A stretch of 64,000 nucleotides of DNA from Macrostomum lignano (GCA_002269645.1 NIVC01000420.1:310001-374000); one strand, 5' to 3'; shown: positions 52,045-64,000, counted from the first letter of the stretch. The notes: a model not told the origin generated them from the sequence alone. Numbers and translations: made by a program.

Positions 52045-52968
52045 CTGCGGGAGGGGATAAACTCTGTGCACTGCAACGCTTGCGATAATCGAGAGTTATA
52101 GTCAATAACCGATAAAGTGCTCTCAAAAGAAGCTGCAGGATTAGCGCAAAGCCAGGCCTGCTCAGCTTATCGAAGAAATTCAGAAGTTCGCCAGGTTCGA
52201 AGTGCACCTACTTGGCGTACCTGAGCCTTAGCTGATTATTTTGAAAGGGGAAAAACTGGGAGAGGAAAGCGTTCCAGAGCGTTCGATAATCCCAAAATTG
52301 GGACGGGATCTTCTTCGCGTCCAAGCAGTTCTGATGGAGGGTTAAATATTGATTTGCTCGAATCGAAGGTTCGACTCCTGAACTCCAGGTTCGCAGGCTC
52401 GACTACAGAGAGTGAGTAGCACTTTGGGGCTCCTTTCTCCTCTCCCATTATTCTACTAAAATGAAAATCGTTTTTAATTTTGATTTTTGCATCAAGTGCC
52501 ATTAAAATTCATTTTTTTGCTGAACAATCGACTCTAAAAGGCAATTTCCATTAACTTGTCACTTATTGCTTTGTTTACAATGCTTTTTCTGTCTGGGATA
52601 CGCAATGCACTGTTAGGTCATCTGATATTTACTGACTAATTGTTTTCAACGAACTGATTAGTTTTATGAGTGACGCAAAAAAACCGAATCAAAGCCAAGG
52701 GGAAGTCAAAAACAAGGCAACGGAAATCTTCAAAGCCAATTTTTCAGGCTTCTGGTTCGCTGATCCAAAACTGAGGTATGAGATTGCGAAATCCTGTTGA
52801 AAGCAGTGCGGACATCAGCAACTCCCCACTGCTCTCCTTTGGCAAAGCTGTTTGTAGCAGGAAGACAGCTTCTATAGGACAAAGGTAAACTTCTGCTTGT
52901 TCGCCTGAAGGCTTGACGACAGGAGAAATGAGAGATCCGAAAGAAAGGGAAGACATGAAGAGAGACTG

Positions 52969-53531
<563 letters not shown>

Positions 53532-53562
53532 GTCTACCCGAAATCAGTAACCCAAGCCGCAC

Positions 53563-54060
53563 CTTGAACAGCCGCAGAATGTTGGCAATCATGATGCTCA
53601 CTGAAGAATCCGCCGCCCCGATCACCCCCGCCACTGGTTGCCGGATTTTCCCTCGGCCGCCGCCGCCACCGCCGCCGCCTTGACAACGAAGCTCGCCGCT
53701 GCCCATGCTCAAACCGTCAAGGCTGCTCAGCCTGTCGGCCACGAAGTCCATGCTCTGCTCAAGCGCGTGGGTGTCCCTGGCGCAGGTGTCGAACAGCCTG
53801 GCACCCAGCCGGAGCCGCGGCATCGGGCCTCGGCCGGAGTTGGCCAGCCGGAGCGCGTACACCATCGCTTCGAGTCGTTGAACTCCCCGATTCTCGCTAA
53901 TCTGCCCGCAGCCTCTCGGCGAGGCCTTCTCGTGCACCGGGAACAGACCGCCCAGTGCGATGTCGCCTGGCAGGGCCAGACTGGCCAACTGGCACGGGAC
54001 TGGCGCCAGGTGGAGCAGCAGTGCGAGCGTCACAGTTCGATGCAGTTTCGATGCTGGCAT
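53563..54060 (-). CDS. mGluR exon 1 (signal peptide and start of Venus flytrap). Full CDS of 7 exons = 2910 nt = 969 aa
   Basis: MPASKLHRTVTLALLLHLAP..., GDIALGGLFPVH, RGVQRLEAM, DTC, GVIGAADSSVSIMIANILRLFK|GT. All seven exon phases join in frame. Confidence 0.95.
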
Positions 54061-54379
54061 GGTGAACAGCTGCAGACTTAACTCAGTAGCCGCATAGCCA
54101 AGCATTTTATAAAAGACAAGCTAAAATGTGTTGACCTTGGCATTCTTTTGGCCCAATGAGGCAGTCGGAATTCTCCATATGATGCCCAGCAGGAGCTGGC
54201 AATATAGGTTCAATACACTGGAGAGTATCTGATTCGCTTGTGTAGTTGTAAGGAGGAGGGATTAACTCCTGCGGCAATTTTTAAAAAGAAGCTCAAAATA
54301 CTACTATAGTAGCATTCCTAGAAATCTGTCCTTGAAAAATAGAGAAAGTTGGCAAAAATAGTGGATACACAAGACAGAA

Positions 54380-55335
54380 AGGGGGAGGGGAAGAGAGATA
54401 TAAAAAAAGGAAGAAAAGAAGGGGGAGAGGAAGGGAGAGAGGAAGGGAGATAAGAAGGGGAGAGAGGAAGGGAGAGAGGAAGAGAGAGAGAGTAAGGGAG
54501 AGAGGAAGGGAGAGAGTAAGGGAGAGAGGAATGGAGAGAGGAAGGGAGAGAGGAAGGGAGAGAGGAAGGGAGAGAGGAAGGGAGAGAGGAAGGGAGAGAG
54601 AAGGGTAGAGAGGAAGGGAGAGAGGAAGGAAGAGAGAAGGGGAGAGAGGAAAGGAAAGAGGAAGGGAGAGAGGAAGGGAGAGAGGAAGGGAGAGAGGAAG
54701 GGAGAGAGGAAGGGAGAGAGAAGGGGAGAGAGAAGGGAGAGAGAAGGGTAGAGAGGAAGGGAGAGAGAAGGGGAGAGAGGAAGAGAGAAGGGGAGAGAGC
54801 AAGGGAGAGAGGAATGGAGAGAGGAAGGGAGAGAGAAGGGGAGAGAGGAAGGGAGAGAGGAAGGGAGAGAGGAAGGGAGAGAGAAATGGAGAGAGGAAGG
54901 AAAAGAGAAAGGGAGAGAGGAAGGGAGAGAGGAAGGGAGAGAGAAAGGGAGAGAGGAAGGAAAAGAGAAAGGGAGAGAGGAAGGGAGAGAGGAAGGGAGA
55001 GAGGAAGGGAGAGAGAAGGGGAGAGAGGAAGGGAGAGAGGAAGGGAGAGAGGAAGGGAGAGAGAAAGGGAGAGAGGAAGGAAAAGAGAAAGGGAGAGAGG
55101 AAGGGAGAGAGGAAGGGAGAGAGGAAGGGAGAGAGAAAGGGAGAGAGGAAGGGAGAGAGAAGGGGAGAGAGGAAGGGAGAGAGGAAGGGAGAGAGGAAGG
55201 GAGAGAGAAAGGGAGAGAGGTAGGTAGAGAGAAGGGGAGAGAGGAGGGGAGATAGGAAGGGAGAGAGGAAGGGAGAGAGAAAGGGAGAGAGGAAGGGAGA
55301 GAAAAGGGGAAAAGAAGGAGGACCATAGGGAGAGA
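54380..55335. repeat. Polypurine 12-bp (GGGAGAGAGGAA)n tract upstream of mGluR
   Basis: Direct inspection. Confidence 0.95.
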
Positions 55336-55703
55336 GAATTAGTAGAGAAGGTGAGATGGGTTTGTCAATAAATGCATTTGCTTTATTGAATGGCAGGAAA
55401 GTAGAAAAGCTTTAGCAATTTTTTCATCCAGGCATCATATCCACCGCTTCTATCAAACTGCAGAATCAGCTGTTTAACCTAAATTAGGAAATTTTAAACA
55501 GATTTAAAATAAGATTGATGATTTTGCAAAGTTTCTTCACGAATATTTCGCCTGTTGTAATTTGAATGAACTTTCCCTGGCTCGGCTCGGCTGTGGTAAC
55601 CACACAGCCGCGGTTTGGGTATCTTAGATGCAGCACCACAGCAGCAGTCGCTTTCGCACATTCATAAGTGTTATGTTAATACGCTCGTATGCAAATGCTT
55701 AAC

Positions 55704-56472
55704 CCTGTCACCTTGTCACTCTGTCACTCTGTCACTCTGCCACTCTGTCACTCTTTCACCCTGTCACTCTGTCACTCTGTCACTCTGTCACCCTGTCACC
55801 ATGTCACTCTGTCACCCTGTCACTCTGTCACCCTGTCACTCTGTCACCCTGTCACTCTGTCACCTTGTCACTCTGTCACTCTGTCACTCTGTCACTCTGT
55901 CACCCTGTCACTCTGTCACCCTGTCACTCTGTCACCCTGTCACCATTTCACTCTGTCACCCTGTCACTCTGTCACCCTGTCACTCTGTCACCCTGTCACT
56001 CTGTCACACTGCCACTCTGTCATCCTGTCCCTCTGTCACTCTGTCACCCTGTCACTCTGTCACTCTGTCACTCCGTCACCCTGTCACCCTGTCACTCTGT
56101 CACCCTGTCACTCTGTCACCCTGTCACCCTGTCACCCTGTCACCCTGTCACTCTGTCACCCTGTCACCCTGTCACCCTGTCACTCTGTCACTCTGTCACC
56201 CTGTCACTCTGTCACCCTGTCACTCTGTCACCCTGTCACTCTGTCACCCTGTTACTCTGTCACTCTGTCACTCCGTCACCCTGTCACCCTGTCACTCTGT
56301 CACCCTGTCACTCTGTCACCCTGTCACTCTGTCACCCTGTCACTCTGTCACCCTGTCACTCTGTCACTCTGTCACTCTGTCACCCTGTCACTCTGTCACC
56401 CTGTTACTCTGTCGCTCTGTCACCCTGTCACTCTGTCACCTTGTCACTCTGTCACCCTGTCACCCTGTCACT
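55704..56472. repeat. 8-bp (CTGTCAC[T/C])n satellite
   Basis: Direct inspection. Confidence 0.95.
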
Positions 56473-56749
56473 ATTTCTCCATGCATGTTTTGCTCACGGC
56501 GGATAAGAAAGATATTTATGTTATGCTCGTATTTACAAAAAATCATAGAGAAAACAAGGATAGTGCTTGACGCAGGTGTCCAAGAGAATTTAACAGCAAA
56601 CTTGTGTTCCATTTCATATTTATTCGACACCTGTCACCTGACACCTGCCACCTGACACCTGACACCCGACACCTGCTCAGTAGTTTTCAGCTGATGGCAA
56701 TTTTTTATAAACCATGGATAATTCCAGGAAACAGGAATCGTGTTTTATA

Positions 56750-57285
56750 AGAGATTGATAGAGAGTTTGAGAGATTGATAGAGAGTTTGAGAGATTGATA
56801 GGGGGTTTGAGAGATTGATAGAGAGTTTGAGAGATTGATAGAAAGTTTGAGAGATTGATAGAGAGTTTGAGAGATTGATAGAAAGTTTGAGAGATTGATA
56901 GAGAGTTTGAGAGATTGATAGAAAGTTTGAGAGATTGATAGAGAGTTTGAGAGATTGATAGAAAGTTTGAGAGATTGATAGAAAGTTTGAGAGATTGATA
57001 GAGAGTTTGAGAGATTGATAGAGAGTTTGAGAGATTGATAAAAAGTTTGAGAGATTGATAGAGAGTTTGAGAGATTGATAGAGAGTTTGAGAGATTGATA
57101 GAGAGTTTGAGAGATTGATAGAGAGTTTGAGAGATTGATAGAGAGTTTGAGAGATTGATAGAAAGTTTGAGAGATTGATAGAGAGTTTGAGAGATTGATA
57201 GAAAGTTTGAGAGATTGATAGAGAGTTTGAGAGATTGATAGAAAGTTTGAGAGATTGATAGAGAGTTTGAGAGATTGAAAGAGAG
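56750..57285. repeat. 20-bp (GAGAGATTGATAGAGAGTTT)n minisatellite
   Basis: Direct inspection. Confidence 0.96.
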
Positions 57286-57787
57286 AGAGCACTTGATAGA
57301 GAGCACTTTATTTATTTTATGCCTTCTGTGCGCGCACTGCACCAACCACCCCAATATTATCACTATCGTGTTTGCTATATATATCGTTAGTTTTCTCTCG
57401 CTTTGAAATCGTGAAATAAAATAGCATTTTGACTATGCACAATTAAGCTATACTTCTTCCATTCAATCGACGACACGTCAATGGCGGCGCAAGCAGTTAG
57501 ACAGAGCAAGAGCTCAATTTGGAAGATGCAGAGATGGCCGAGGCTTGGATGCAGCAGCTATCGGCGACAGCACGTACCAAGAAGCTCGCCGACTCCGACG
57601 AAGCTCGCGACAAAACTGATTTGTTTCTGTCAAAGGCGGGACTCCAGGCGATTCGCACCTTGTCTCTCATGGCAGCGCCAAAAAATTTGGAAGATTTGAA
57701 ATTTGACGACATCAAGACCCTAGTCGACAGCACTTCTTCTTCTTCTGTCCTTTTATCGCCGGGGGGGGGGCGTGGACACGGGCACGT

Positions 57788-59830
57788 TTATTGAGAGGTG
57801 CAGGTACGTCTGTGTCTGGCCATGTTGGTCTTGGCCAGGAGTCTGCCGCAGCTGGGGCACGGTGCTCTCGTGCTGCGGTAGATCCTCGTGCCCAGTTCTT
57901 CCACTCTCGCCGGTTGCTCTGGCAGGTGGGCCTGGACTCTCGTTGGTCCGCAGGTTTTGCGGTGCCGCGCGAAATTCGACTTGCTCCGCCAGCTCCCGCA
58001 TTGGGCGCACAGGACGAGGCCTCCAGCTTGCTTTTCTCCCTGGCATCGTTTCTGGTGGTTTTTCCTGGTTGCTTCTGAGGTGAACGTGGTCAAGCAAATT
58101 GGGCATGGTAGCTGCACTCTTTCGAAGATGTGGTGCATGCGCCTCTGGTGGATCGCCAGTCCTCCTCTTGACGCGCAGGTCTTAGTACACCCCTCGTAGC
58201 GGCAGCGGTAACCCGTTAGCTCGGATTCGCCCTGCCCGTCCTCTTCTGGCGGGGTCTCACTTGCCTCTGGTTGTCGCTTTTTTCTTTTGGCCTTCTCCTC
58301 CCGGTCCAGTTCTCTTTCGCGTTTCTTTATTCGTTCTTTCCATGCAGTCCGGTCCGCCACCATCCTCTCGAGGTCTAGCTCGTCGATCTTCGCCCCGCGG
58401 AGCATCTTCTTCCAATATGAGACGATCGTCTGCTTCCGTTTCTTGGCTTTTCGGATGCCCTCCAAGGTCTTATTCCAGCCTAGAATGCACGTCTTAGCTA
58501 GGTTCGAGTCGGGTAGGCGGAGCACGTGGCCCATACGCCTCCAGTGCGCTGCTTCAATTTTGTTGCTGATACTCTTGATGCCGAGTTCTGCGCGCACGTC
58601 CCACATATTGACTCCCTTCTCTTCCATTTCTATGAGCGGTGGTCTTGTCTTCGCGCTCCAGACGTATCTGTACTTTCTGTCCATTGTTTGCTGCATTCTC
58701 TTGACCTCGGATTTCTGGAAGGGTCTCGCTCCGGCGTTAAACAGCATGGTGCTTTCCACGCAGGCTTCGACAATGCGCGCTTGAGTGCGCTTGCTCAGCC
58801 GTGTGCGCCGGAGCATGTTCTTTGTTCCGTGCCATGCTTTGGCTGCTCGTTTCAGTCTTTGCGTCATATCCTGCTTCCTTCCCAGCCAGGTCCCGAGCAT
58901 CCGGATGTTTCCGCTATCCTCGGTGCCTAGCGTAGCTCTTTCTTCTTTATCGTCGTTTGTCCTTTCTTCAAGGTCTGCCATGGTCTCGATGATGACCCTC
59001 GTTCCCTGGTTGACCTCGGCTGCGGTCCCGATGACGGTGGTGTCGTCGGCGAACAATGAGCTCGTGATCTTGATTTCGACCGTCTCGTCGTTGCGGACAC
59101 CAATTCTTTGCGGAGGTAGGCAGCTGCCTGGTCGGCGGACCCAGCGAATCCCGTGCACTTGTCCTGTTTCCTTCGCCAGAGTGGCTCGTCTCTCTTCAGC
59201 TAACCTCATGACTGCCTGGTGGAAGATATTAAAGAGTATTGGCGATGTGGCGCATCCTTCGCGGAGTCCCCGTTGCGGGTAAAACTCCGTGCTCCACTCA
59301 TTATCACAAAGCACCTTGTACGCGGTAAATTCATGTAGGTCTTTAATCTTGTCAATCATCTTTTTCGGCATCCTGTAGTGCTCGAGGAGTTCCCACAGTA
59401 GTGGCTTGTTGACTCTCGGGTACGCTTTTCGGAGGTCAAGCAGGACGATGTTGGTGTCCGTTTCTGGGTCGTAATCCGGGCTCTCGCGGATTTTTTCGGC
59501 GTCCTCGTTCAAACGGAGGATGATTTGGGTCGCATCCATGGTGGATCGTCCTCGCCGGAAGCCAGCTTGATTTTCATCCATCAGTCCCAGCTTCTCCGCC
59601 CAGACGCTGAGTCTCGAGGCAATGATGCGTGCGATTATTCGGCTAAGGCATGGGAGGAGGCAGACGCCGCGGAAATTATTCAGATTTGCTCTGTCTCCCT
59701 TTTTGTGAAGTGGTATGATGATCCCCACTTTTTGATCGTTTTCCCATGTAGATGCTGGATGTTTCCAGAGTCGCTGGATTTCCTGCTTTAGGACTACTTT
59801 TGCTTCGTCGCAGGCGTTCCTGATGTACCG
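57788..59830 (-). CDS. LINE ORF fragment: reverse transcriptase plus C-terminal zinc-finger array (5'-truncated at the inversion junction)
   Basis: IIPLHKKGD, QAGFRRGRST, DLRKAY, GLREGCATSP, FADD. The frame stays open upstream of the track start to RYIRNACDEAK. No stops. Confidence 0.92.
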   Translation of the reverse strand, partial: RYIRNACDEAKVVLKQEIQRLWKHPASTWENDQKVGIIIPLHKKGDRANLNNFRGVCLLPCLSRIIARIIASRLSVWAEKLGLMDENQAGFRRGRSTMDATQIILRLNEDAEKIRESPDYDPETDTNIVLLDLRKAYPRVNKPLLWELLEHYRMPKKMIDKIKDLHEFTAYKVLCDNEWSTEFYPQRGLREGCATSPILFNIFHQAVMRLAEERRATLAKETGQVHGIRWVRRPGSCLPPQRIGVRNDETVEIKITSSLFADDTTVIGTAAEVNQGTRVIIETMADLEERTNDDKEERATLGTEDSGNIRMLGTWLGRKQDMTQRLKRAAKAWHGTKNMLRRTRLSKRTQARIVEACVESTMLFNAGARPFQKSEVKRMQQTMDRKYRYVWSAKTRPPLIEMEEKGVNMWDVRAELGIKSISNKIEAAHWRRMGHVLRLPDSNLAKTCILGWNKTLEGIRKAKKRKQTIVSYWKKMLRGAKIDELDLERMVADRTAWKERIKKRERELDREEKAKRKKRQPEASETPPEEDGQGESELTGYRCRYEGCTKTCASRGGLAIHQRRMHHIFERVQLPCPICLTTFTSEATRKNHQKRCQGEKQAGGLVLCAQCGSWRSKSNFARHRKTCGPTRVQAHLPEQPARVEELGTRIYRSTRAPCPSCGRLLAKTNMARHRRTCTSQ

Positions 59831-59833
59831 TAC

Positions 59834-60478
59834 AAATGGAATGAAGTCGGGGAAGTGCTCCTAGAAGCAGCGAAGGAGGTCTGCGGGATCAGAACCAGAA
59901 TGACTAACAGCTGGATGTTTGGCCACGAAGAAGAGTTAAAAAACATAAACGAAGGGATAAAAGATGCCTTAGCACAGAGGAACAACGCACGACGACAGCT
60001 CCGCGAGCAAGAAACACCAGAGCGAGTAAGCAGGGTACAAATGGCAGAAGAGCGCCTAAAAACCATCAGAAAACAACAAAAAAACAGGCTCCGTGAATGG
60101 GAAGAGAGCTGGTGGACCGAAATCGCGGAAGAATGCAAAAGGCATTGTGACAGTGGAAACACCGGAGGGATGTATGACTGCCTGAGGAGAATGGGTAAAA
60201 GCGACACACAGAACAGCAATAACAGCAAGATCCTCCCGCTTTTCTTAGCGGAGGAGTTTAAAAACCACCTCTCGAAAATCCAAGACCAACGTTTCGAGAA
60301 CAACCCAGAAGAAATGCTCCACCTAGTCCACCGGATGCCCCCTACGAGCAGACCGGTAAATGAGATTGAAATTGCAAACGCGAATCTCGCCAGTGAACTG
60401 AAAGACACTGAGATAGAGACGGAGCTTGCTAAAATCAAAGATGGAGCACCAGGAGTCGACGATCTTAGAATACGGTAC
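59834..60478 (+). CDS. Inverted upstream part of the same LINE ORF (endonuclease-RT linker ending KDGAPGVDDLRIRY)
   Basis: Stop-free, helical linker typical of LINE ORFs. Joins seamlessly to IRNACDEAK of the minus-strand segment. Confidence 0.85.
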
Positions 60479-60496
60479 GATCTAGTCGACAGCACT

Positions 60497-63400
60497 ATTC
60501 GCCCGAAGAAACGCCTCGTCATCGTGGAGCGCACCAAGTTCCTCAACATAAAACAAGAAGTGGGAGAGAACGTCACGGTCTACTTCCGGAGACTGAGGGC
60601 TGCCGCATCACTATGCGAGTTTGAGACGCTAGGAAGCAAGCAGTCAAAGGAGAACGATATGATCGTCATGTGACTTATTGATGGTCTGATCTCAGCCGAG
60701 CACAAGAAGCGAATTCTCGAGCCGCTACAAGAGGGTGACCTGCTGCTCGACGGCATACTGCAGAGCCTTCAACACTTGGAGCAGATCAGAGACTACAACG
60801 CTCCCACAACCGCGGAAATTGCCTTCACCGGACAGCCTTCACCGAAATGCACCACCTTCAAAGGAAATGGCTAAATGTGGATTCTTGTGGTACCAGTCAC
60901 CCCAGAGGCAACTGTCCCGCGTTGGGAAAAAAGTGCAGCAAGTGTCAGAAGAAGAACCACTTTTCGGCTGTCTGCAGGTCTCGAGCTGTCCATCTGGAGA
61001 CAACGGAAACCGATGAGGCGGAGATATACACCCTTGGCCCTAACGCAGCAAAGACAGGCCTCTTCAAAATCATCAAGATCAACGGCTGTGGCTTACCAAT
61101 GCAGATCGACACTGGAGCGGAGGTCAGCCTCATCACGCAGAACCTCTGGCGACAACTGAACCAACCGCCTCTGCGCAAATGCAAAAGGATTCTGCGGCAG
61201 TTTGACGGCTCGACCATCGCCTGTCTCGGCGAGTTCACTGCGTCCCTCGAGACCGACACGAGCTTCGTAACCGTCGATCTAAGTAGTCGTCACTGTCTCG
61301 GAAAAGAAGCATGGGCTGCTCGGAATGGATAACATAAAGCTGCAAGAAGACTCCGTCACCATGAACAAGATTCAGCATTCAGCAGCTGGGCTGTCTCAAA
61401 GGCTTTCAAGCTAAAATCAGGCTGGTGGAAGGAGCCAGACCGTTCTACTGCGCTGCTCGACCTGTGCCACTGCACCTCAAGGACCTGGTGGTGCACGAGC
61501 TGCAGTGGATGGAATCTGAAGGCATCATCGAGCCAGTCCCGGCGGGTGGCAGCCAGTGGGCGTCTCCAATAGTCAACGTTCTGAAGCCCAATGGGAAGGT
61601 CCGAGTGTGCGCCGACTTCAAGGCCGGAGTGAACCACCAGATCTGCAACGACACCTACCCGATGCCAGAAATGGAGACCATATTCTCAGAGATCGCGGGC
61701 ATGACGCACTTCGCCAAACTCGACTTGTCAGACGCTCACCTGCAGATTGAACTCGAGGAAAATAGCCGAGAAGTGACCGCCATTTCAACACCACTAGGTC
61801 TCTACCGCTACAAGAGATTGGTTCCTGGTCTAAAATCAGCGTCATCAATTTTCCAAAAGGCCATGGAAACAATACTGGAGGACGTCAGCAGCAAAATAGT
61901 ATACCAGGATGATATCCTTCTTGGTGCTAAGTCCGACTCCGAGCTCAATCAGAAGGTACAGCACGTGCTGCAAGCCCTGGAGTCAGCCGGCATGACCATC
62001 AACCTGGACAAATCGAATCTAAAAGCAACAGAAATCTCATTCCTCGGCTACAAGATTAGCGCCGCTGGAATCACGCCGGACCCGGACCTGGTAGAGAAAA
62101 TCCGTTCGGTAAAACCGCCCAAGGACAAAAAGCAGTTAGAATCTTTCCTAGGACTCGCGAACTTCTTTGGGAGGTTCATCAGAAGCTGCTCTGACATCGT
62201 CGAGCCGCTCAATCAGCTGCGAGCCCGAGCTGCTGAGTTCAACTGGGGTCCGGCTGCGCAATCAGCGCTCTCGCTGATCAAGGACATTCTCAGCCGAGGA
62301 CCGGTCATCAAACCGTACGACAAGCGCAAGTAAACGACACTCACCACCGATGCCAGCGAGAAGGAGATCGGAGCGATTCTGTCACAAAATGGTCACCCGA
62401 TAATGTACTTCAGCAGGCGGCTGAGCAGCACCGAGACGCGCTACTCAAACATAGAGAGAGAGGCACTCGCAATCGTCTGGGCCATGGAGCGAGCTAAGCA
62501 ATTCCTGCTGGGATCGCGCCTTACACTAAGAACCGATCACCGCCCGCTGGAGTTCATCTTCGGCTCGAGACGCCAACTGCCGAAAGTCGCAAATGCCAGG
62601 CTGCTTCGGTGGGCCATAAAACTAATGGCTTTCGACTACGATATCGTCTACACGAAGGGCGAGTCGATCCCGCAGGTCGATGCGCTGTCACGGCTAGACT
62701 TCGATGGTGACGGCTCCGAGAACCAGACTGAGCAGCGGCTGGAGAGCATTATCCACTGGACAGCGGAGGCTGTTATCCCATGGCAGGAACTCAAGGCCGA
62801 ACCCCAGAGGGAGAGGCTGCTGATGGATGTCACAAAGCGAGTCGTCACTAACAGATGGTCGAACTGCTCTCCGGCTGAAAGACCGTTCAAAGCGGCCCGG
62901 AATGCTCTGATTGTCGAGGACGGAGTTCTCTGCTATGGCGACCGGGCGGTCATTCCGGCCGTCCTCCGGCAAAAAGTTCTTCGGCTTGTGCACAACGACA
63001 CGCATCAAGGGTCCGGCTCGACGCGCGCTCGCCTGCAGAACTCCGCCTGATGGCCCGGCTACTGCAACGACGTGGAGGTCTTCATTCGCAACTGTCCAAC
63101 CTGCTCGAGACTGCGGCCAAGCGGTTCGGCGGCCGTCCATCGGTGGCCAGAGGAGCAGGAGCCCTGGCACAGGGTACACATGGACCACGCAAACGTTCCA
63201 AAGGTCGGGCTGCTGCTAATTCTGGTCGACGCGATGTCCGGCTGGCCGGAGGCTGTACGAGTGCCTAACAGAGACGCGGCCACTGTCAAGCGAGTGCTGC
63301 AGGCCGTCTTCGCGAGAACCGGTGTGCCCCACGTACTCGTCAGCGACAACGCAGCCGAGTTTCATGATGCCAATCTGCTCGCCTGGCTAGAGAGAATCGG

Positions 63401-63915
63401 CTGCCGCGCTGTAAAAACGCCACCGAGACATCCGCAATCCAACGGCTTGGCGTAGCGGATGGTCCAGTCCATCAAGAGAGCATCAGCAGCCTGGGATCAG
63501 CGATCAGAGCCCTACGACTCATTTCTGTCCAGGCTGCTCCTCAACTACAGATGCGTGCCGTACGCAGGCCGAATGCAGAGCCCGGCGCAGCTCATGGGTC
63601 GGTAGCTGCGCAACCCCGATCACCATGCAGACCCCCATCGGAGCAAGCGTCTGGTACACACCCGGTGGCAAACAGGAGCAAGAGCAAGCCGAGTTCGTGG
63701 CGCAGAAGGGCACAAACACGGCACTGATCGCTCGACACGGAGGTCAGGTCACCCTGGCTCACGCCGACCAGCTGAGCCCGGTCATTGAGCAGCCGACTGA
63801 GCCAGTCCAGCACCAGCCAGACGAGCCCATTGATCTCCGGACTGGCGAGCAGCTCGCAGAGCATCAGCCTGACGATCTCGATCAAGAACAGCCAAGCGGA
63901 CATCGGCGAGATTGA
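60497..63915 (+). pseudogene. Gag(C-term)-Pol pseudogene of the second Gypsy
   Basis: In-frame stops at 60671 (TGA), 62331 (TAA), 63048 (TGA, W of SAWWPG), 63453 (TAG replacing the integrase catalytic Glu in NGLA*RM) and 63603. Frameshifts near 60.85, 61.3 and 61.4 kb. Confidence 0.88.
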
Positions 63916-64000
63916 TAGAGTGTGAAAGATTGAGAGTTAATCTTAAAAAGTTCTTTAAAAATTTTTAGCAATAAGAAGCGTTGAGATAGCGCATGCATTC

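Larger units (their letters stand above)
57735..60481 (-). mobile_element. 5'-truncated, 5'-inverted RTE-like non-LTR retrotransposon
   Basis: 15-bp TSD CTAGTCGACAGCACT (57720-57734 and 60482-60496). (AGA)4 tail at 57735-57746, short 3' UTR. Sense segment 57735-59832 (minus), inverted segment 59833-60481 (plus). Confidence 0.93.
57327..64000 (+). mobile_element. Decayed Ty3/Gypsy (Mag-like) element interrupted by a LINE; 3' LTR beyond the window
   Basis: LTR-like region with TATA (57376) and AATAAA (57415), PBS-like TGGCGGCGCAAGCAG at 57482. gag is split at 57734/60497. Also knuckle CSKCQKKNHFSAVC, protease IDTGA, RT YQDD (61902-61913), RNase H TDASE..EREAL, integrase. The 5' LTR start is approximate. 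Confidence 0.88.

Noticed and set aside
63905-63940. GAGATTGATAGAGTGTGAAAGATTGAGAGTT resembling the 20-bp satellite at 56750-57285 (possible LTR link)
   Set aside because: Short, low-complexity similarity; the 3' LTR is outside the window, so it cannot be tested here.

Overview
Eukaryotic genomic DNA, very rich in simple repeats. The GC-rich exons, Ala/Gly-rich insertions and intron-filling mini/microsatellites suggest a free-living flatworm such as Macrostomum (inference only). Two intron-containing genes lie in tandem on the minus strand. One is a complete 7-exon metabotropic glutamate receptor (54060->46224, 969 aa). The other is the 5' portion of a canonical ankyrin (ANK-repeat domain and linker, continuing past the left edge), with up to three candidate alternative first exons. 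Mobile DNA: (1) a very young Ty3/Gypsy (Mag-like) element at 10209-14355 with identical 172-bp LTRs, a 5-bp TSD and an in-frame loss of the whole RT catalytic core at a splice-like junction; (2) an older decayed Gypsy (~57.3 kb to the window end) whose gag is split by a young RTE-like LINE with a 15-bp TSD, a 5' inversion of twin-priming type and four C-terminal zinc fingers; (3) a tRNA-headed SINE with a MIR/CORE-like domain and a second tRNA-SINE family; (4) a MITE. More than 30 tandem-repeat arrays account for all the very long low-complexity ORFs in the track. There is no CRISPR, rRNA or bacterial operon.
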